Virus record (IMG/VR): IMGVR_UViG_2595698455_000001 | Location: 32,001-96,000 of that record | Length of the DNA stretch: 64,000 nt | Strand: one strand, 5' to 3' | DNA from: a virus | Taxonomy: Duplodnaviria > Caudoviricetes | In this document: positions 59,514 to 64,000 of the stretch, piece by piece | Numbering within the stretch: the stretch's first letter is position 1 | How the letters are laid out: each line of letters opens with the position of its first letter | The notes under the pieces: generated by a model | What the model was told of the DNA's origin: nothing | What the model saw: only the letters and a program-made list of their open reading frames with translations | The model's database searches: none | Position numbers and translations under genes: made by a program

Positions 59514-60155
59514 ATGCGCGGGATCAATAGAATGATGTTGGCATGTGCGGCGCTCCTGCTTGTGAGCTGTCGCATCTTTGTCACGCCAATCATTTCTGTT
59601 TCCGAACTCTGGAACCCAGAAGTGCGCACATTGCCTGTCACGATATCGGCTGATGTTCAGACCTGCAACAAAGGAATCCTTGATGGGATCGTCCAAGAGT
59701 TCCAGACGTTCCAAAAACTGATACCGCTGGGTTGCTTCGAGGAGAACACCAACACCCTCAAGCCTTACTGGGAGACTACCATTCCCCTGCTTCGAAAGGG
59801 TGATGAGGGGAAGATACCTTACCTGTCAGCCAGTATTTATTACTCCCAGAACAACAGCATCATCATCACATTCAACCCATCGTTCTATGCAAAGCTGAAG
59901 CAACACACTGTAGGTCGCCTTGATGTCAACTCTGAACTCACTGTGACATTCAAAATCGTGAATGACTCGGCCAAGCCTGTGAGGATAGCAACACAGGGTG
60001 TGTTCGTGAACGGGGAAGCAGTTGGGAATGAAATGAACATATTTGAGGTGAAGCCGGAAGGAACGATATGGATCAGGCTGAGCAACGTTGGGGTGAACTC
60101 CCTACTGTTGGATGGGATTGAACCAGTGGGAGTTCTTCCGGCTAGATCAAGATGA
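59514..60155 (+). CDS. putative lipoprotein
   Basis: MRGINRMMLACAALLLVSC lipobox-like signal. Confidence 0.6.
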   Translation: MRGINRMMLACAALLLVSCRIFVTPIISVSELWNPEVRTLPVTISADVQTCNKGILDGIVQEFQTFQKLIPLGCFEENTNTLKPYWETTIPLLRKGDEGKIPYLSASIYYSQNNSIIITFNPSFYAKLKQHTVGRLDVNSELTVTFKIVNDSAKPVRIATQGVFVNGEAVGNEMNIFEVKPEGTIWIRLSNVGVNSLLLDGIEPVGVLPARSR

Positions 60156-60884
60156 TCATTTCAGGGCGTTCTTCAGATTATCGGAACCGATGCTGTTGAT
60201 GACGCCTCCGGCGCAGATGTCTTTCGCCCACTCTGAGATTACGTTGGCAAAAGAGAAGTTCAGACATTTGCCAATCATGTCTTGGATGTGGGCCAACTCT
60301 GCTGCAATACCGTTCGTGATGTCTTGAGCAACAGCGGCTACTGATGCCACGGCAGTGTTGATCGCCTGGGTAACTTCGGCGGCCAGCGCCTGAATAGCAG
60401 CCAGACCAGCACTTACCCCCTGAGCCACCAATTCAGCCAGCTCATTCATCTTGTCTGTGACGGTTGTAAGGACGCTCTGCATGGTGTTGAGCCATTGCTT
60501 GCCAAGGTTCTGGATAACTCCAAACGCATTGTTGATCAGATCGCAGTTGTTTGGTTCTCGGTCGATAGACTTCAGGCCGGACTTGTACGACACAGATGTG
60601 CCAATGCGGGAATATGCCTCGTTCACTGACTGGTCGCCATAGTTGTTCAAAGTGGTGATGCTGGCGTTGGCTGAGTTGAACATCGCCGTCGATTCATTGA
60701 GTTTGGCTGTCGTTAACCCACCTGCCGTCAGAGCGTTTTGGATCTGCGTATTTCCGGTGTTAGCTAATCCGGCTGTAGTCGCCTTGCCACTGGTGATTAA
60801 TCCCTGTGAGGTGCTGCTGAGGGACGGGAGAGGATTGGTAAAGGCGTTGCCCTGAGATAGGGCGTCATAGATCTGTGCGTTCAT
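60156..60884 (-). CDS. Ala-rich helical protein, probably a virion component
   Basis: 242 aa; CTAAATACCCC motif at about 60909-60919. Confidence 0.7.
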   Translation of the reverse strand: MNAQIYDALSQGNAFTNPLPSLSSTSQGLITSGKATTAGLANTGNTQIQNALTAGGLTTAKLNESTAMFNSANASITTLNNYGDQSVNEAYSRIGTSVSYKSGLKSIDREPNNCDLINNAFGVIQNLGKQWLNTMQSVLTTVTDKMNELAELVAQGVSAGLAAIQALAAEVTQAINTAVASVAAVAQDITNGIAAELAHIQDMIGKCLNFSFANVISEWAKDICAGGVINSIGSDNLKNALK

Positions 60885-60921
60885 AAGAAAATACCCCCAT
60901 GGATGATGGGGTATTTAGGGA

Positions 60922-61089
60922 TCAGGGTAGTTTGTAAACGAAGTTTGACCAGAACTTGCGAGCAAACTTCTTGATATAGACCATTCGGGTGGCATATTCC
61001 CCATCCTTCAGGTCATTGTAGGTCTCAAATCCCACTGCGCCCAGGAAGTAAGCCGTGAAGATATAGCAGAACAGATTGATGACGAACAT
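60922..61089 (-). CDS. small membrane protein, 55 aa
   Basis: Not in the ORF track; MFVINLFCYIFTAYFLGAVG with GGAG SD. Confidence 0.55.
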   Translation of the reverse strand: MFVINLFCYIFTAYFLGAVGFETYNDLKDGEYATRMVYIKKFARKFWSNFVYKLP

Positions 61090-61129
61090 GATGTGTCTCC
61101 GCTGTGTGAACTCAAATATTTATGACAGG

Positions 61130-61552
61130 TTACAAAAGGCGCTTGGTTTTAGGCTTGCCTATCAGTGTGATGTCCACAGGGAGGCCAGCTTTCTTGCAAC
61201 GGTTGATCATATCCAGAGTGCCAGTAGACGAGCCGTCCCACATTGCAATCGGATAAACTTCCAACTTGGTCTGATGCGCCAACTGCAATGCCTTGTCTAA
61301 CATGTCCTGGTTGCGCTTGTTGCCCATCCCGTTCCCATACTTTTCATAATAGCTTGGAGGGATTGGCATAGGGGTGACATCAACATAATTGATTTCAGCC
61401 CAATCACGGCAAATGGTATCGACGCCAGAGGCTTCACCCTCAATCAACGTATAGACTTCATGAGGATCCAATAATTCATCCAGCTTGGCGAATACCTTAT
61501 CCCGCTCGGTAATTGAGCGGGAACCTGTGATGAGTACGATATATTTCTTCAT
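61130..61552 (-). CDS. SLOG-family (YspA/DUF2493-like) protein
   Basis: LITGSR, GEASGVD, RNQDM and WDGSSTGTLDMI motifs. Confidence 0.8.
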   Translation of the reverse strand: MKKYIVLITGSRSITERDKVFAKLDELLDPHEVYTLIEGEASGVDTICRDWAEINYVDVTPMPIPPSYYEKYGNGMGNKRNQDMLDKALQLAHQTKLEVYPIAMWDGSSTGTLDMINRCKKAGLPVDITLIGKPKTKRLL

Positions 61553-61557
61553 GGAAC

Positions 61558-61878
61558 TCACAGCGCCCCAAGATTGCCGATGACATACAGGGAGCACAGA
61601 GGAGTGCCTGACGAACGCGGTTCTATCGTCATCCCGCTCAGGCGGATCAGTTCCAGCAAACCGTCGGTGGTCTGATACGCGCGTGTCGAACCGTTCGGAC
61701 GGTATAGCTCCAACTCGGTTCTGCCTTCCTTTAATGCATTACGGATGCGGGTGAACACACTGTGGCCGCCGAACTTCTGCTTCAGAATGTCCAGTTTGGT
61801 GGTCAGGCGACGGCGAGGTTTGCGAGCGCGTGGGTTCTCTTTCGCGACTGCTTCTAAAATTGGGATGCTGTTGGCCAT
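61558..61878 (-). CDS. basic hypothetical protein
   Basis: Start MANSI with GAGG SD. Confidence 0.65.
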   Translation of the reverse strand: MANSIPILEAVAKENPRARKPRRRLTTKLDILKQKFGGHSVFTRIRNALKEGRTELELYRPNGSTRAYQTTDGLLELIRLSGMTIEPRSSGTPLCSLYVIGNLGAL

Positions 61879-61937
61879 GATAAAGTCCTCTATTTGTAGG
61901 GGATAGGGTATGCGGTTAACATACCCCATTCAAAGGT

Positions 61938-62219
61938 TTAGAACAAATGCTCACCTTCTACATGGTATGCTAACACGCCGTCAGAACATTCAAAATACAT
62001 GTTATCGTATTCCCACAGAGCAGTGATTTCCTCACCCTGGCAAACTACTGAAAACTTCGGCTGGCTGGTCATAACCGGAAATTTTTCAGGGGAAGAGATT
62101 GGGGTGAATTTGGCATTTCTGACGACCATACCAACAATTTGCTGCAATGTTACTTTGTAACGAGAGTGAGTGATAGTGCCAGCATTCAGGGCTTCGGTCA
62201 ATTGCGCTTTAGTTGTCAT
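61938..62219 (-). CDS. hypothetical early protein
   Basis: 93-aa ORF behind the repeated early promoter. Confidence 0.7.
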   Translation of the reverse strand: MTTKAQLTEALNAGTITHSRYKVTLQQIVGMVVRNAKFTPISSPEKFPVMTSQPKFSVVCQGEEITALWEYDNMYFECSDGVLAYHVEGEHLF

Positions 62220-62220
62220 G

Positions 62221-62312
62221 ATATAGTTCCTTCATTTCAGAGTCAGTGTTGTGCTGCTTATGGAATGAAGTATACGGGGTTTATTGAAGAAGTAAACCCC
62301 GTTTATTGAATA
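62221..62312 (-). promoter_or_regulatory. early promoter and leader cassette, copy 2
   Basis: GTTTACTTCTTCAATA...TATACTTCATTCCATAAGCAG...TGAAATGAAGGAACTA. Confidence 0.75.
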
Positions 62313-62322
62313 AATTTAAAAT

Positions 62323-62558
62323 TTATTTGAAGCGGTCGGGAAGGGTGTCGTGCAGTTCAGCTGACATAACCAGGAACTTGCCATCTTTGGTCGGGAAGCA
62401 ATAGTCCTTTTTCACGATCTTCAGGTGCTCTGCGGTAGCCCGAACACACTCATCGGTGATATCGGTCTTTTTGCCAACCCACATGGACTTGACTGTGTCC
62501 AGAGTACCCTGATAAATGGTTCCACCAACGGGCTTGCGCCGATAGTTTTGATTCTCAT
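62323..62558 (-). pseudogene. small gene with a 1-nt frameshift near 62525
   Basis: MRIKTIGASPL followed, in another frame, by GTIYQGTLDTVKSMWVGKKTDIT...PDRFK*. Confidence 0.6.
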
Positions 62559-62566
62559 GATCAACC

Positions 62567-63007
62567 TCAGTTAATACGGAACAGATGTGGATAACCGCCA
62601 GGATGACCCTGACCCGTAACGAACACGTCGAACTTCGAACCCTTGATCAGACCAGGCAGATTACCAGAGTCTAGTAGTTCGCGGATCTGGTCCATCGCCA
62701 GCATCCAGTTCTTGGCAGGTTCGGCTTCAGCTTCACCGCGATTGAGGACGAGTTCGCCTTCAGAATAATACTTCCCGCTGTCCTTCATGTAATACAGCTT
62801 GATGTGGATGTACTGAGGGGACGGGACCAAGCGCCAACCATCGTCAATCAGATCCTGGCGATCATTGTCCAGGGACTGATAATCGATATCACCAGATGCC
62901 AGGCCATAGCTGCGCATGTAGCGGAACTTCTCAACGCGATCTTTCACGTCGGAGATGAAGAACTCCTTCGTGGCTGGACTGATAAAAATGTATTTCTCTT
63001 TTGACAT
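62567..63007 (-). CDS. hypothetical protein
   Basis: Start MSKEK with AAGGA SD. Confidence 0.7.
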   Translation of the reverse strand: MSKEKYIFISPATKEFFISDVKDRVEKFRYMRSYGLASGDIDYQSLDNDRQDLIDDGWRLVPSPQYIHIKLYYMKDSGKYYSEGELVLNRGEAEAEPAKNWMLAMDQIRELLDSGNLPGLIKGSKFDVFVTGQGHPGGYPHLFRIN

Positions 63008-63161
63008 GATGTGGTTCCTTTCTTTCAAAGAATGATGTGTTCGTCGATATCGGACTGCGTTGCAATCTCCCCAGCGGACGTTGTTCTCGGTTGTGATGAA
63101 AACACGGTTCAGGTGAGAGGCTGGCACGTACACTAATGTGTTATTACTTCTTCTAAAGTTT

Positions 63162-63335
63162 TCATTCTGTTTCCTTAATTTTAGCGGTTATTGCTTCCAA
63201 TGGGGTTTGGCCTGAAGAATAGGCTTCACGCCATTCGGCTCGATTGAAAGTCGCGGTATTATATTTGGAAACCCGCATCAATTCGTTGTGCCATTCATAA
63301 AATGTGGAATTTTTGTTGGTCATGGCTGTAATCAT
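63162..63335 (-). CDS. hypothetical protein, 57 aa
   Basis: Not in the ORF track; GAGG SD, MITAMTNK...AYSSGQTPLEAI. Confidence 0.55.
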   Translation of the reverse strand: MITAMTNKNSTFYEWHNELMRVSKYNTATFNRAEWREAYSSGQTPLEAITAKIKETE

Positions 63336-63431
63336 GTATTCGCCTCAATTTTGATAATGCGAGAATTTTAACATGTAAACAACTGTATATTAAATCAATG
63401 TATTGAATAACACAAGTATAAATATGGACAA

Positions 63432-64000
63432 TTAACGGTCTAATCGGTATTTGATCAATCCACAATTCCAAATCCTGACCAGCCCGGCTTCGGTTGCTAA
63501 CTGGCTTTCTGTTTTGCCTTCTACGTCATACCCCATCCGAGCAAATGAATCCTTTCTGAAACCGAACTTGTGCTCACGCATAAATGTACCAGGCTTGTGA
63601 TATTTGTAATCCGGCTTCTGTACTTCCTCTTCTGTGAACCCGTGGGATAGGTAAATGTTCGACAGTCTGCTTACGACACACCTGTCGCCAAAAGAATAGA
63701 TTGGGATACCAACAAATTCCCTTCTGAAGTGTGATAGAAGTTTACCGAACGCCCCATGACACTCATTAGAGGCAAATCTGACTAATTCCAGGCCATCTTT
63801 CCTTTTGGTAAACAACATCACAGCCTGTATCACACCAGCCTTATCAATTAGCGATAAGTGGTGGGTGGACGATACGGAACCTTGTATATGATGGGCGTCT
63901 AGAAACTCCCTCACACCGCTCATATTGCCCCAAACAACTTTATGTTGGCGAGCGTATGAGACAGGTGTTTTAATGCCGAGTTTTGCCTTCAGGAGGGATC
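63432..64000 (-). mobile_element. C-terminal part of a Hef-like homing endonuclease, 5' end outside the window
   Basis: FLDAHHIQG, LVRFAS, GKLL, SFGDR, PDYKY and RIWNCG motifs. Confidence 0.65.

Noticed and set aside
63010-63165. Possible decayed gene starting MKTLEEVITH*
   Set aside because: No recognisable motif; cannot be told apart from intergenic sequence
1-64000. tRNA, rRNA, CRISPR array or integrase
   Set aside because: No cloverleaf, regularly spaced repeats or recombinase motifs noticed by eye; a tRNAscan/CRISPR scan was not run

Overview
A 64-kb segment of a lytic T4-superfamily myovirus genome. Gene content and order (hmdU pathway genes, gp2-gp54-gp32-gp33, gp5 with a CHAP/NlpC-like domain, HU, ACP-like and vWA genes) match Ackermannviridae (Vi1-like phages). 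It carries 5-hydroxymethyluracil synthesis and thymidine-hypermodification genes, baseplate genes, nrdA/nrdB/glutaredoxin, PhoH, endolysin, primase, gp46/47, gp55, RNase H, clamp and clamp loader, RegA, UvsW/UvsY and many accessory ORFs. The main candidate for a new system is uvsW, broken into two separately translated ORFs by an HNH endonuclease. There is no room for an intron, and the new ends look like a catalytically dead split-intein (Hint) pair that could hold the halves together. Also notable: an HNH-containing intein at the catalytic Cys of NrdA, an ACP-like protein lacking the phosphopantetheine Ser, a deletion scar of the NAMPT-like NAD locus, three genes with T4-type capsid-targeting N-termini, and frameshifts seen only in accessory genes. 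All calls come from reading motifs by eye; no database searches were run.
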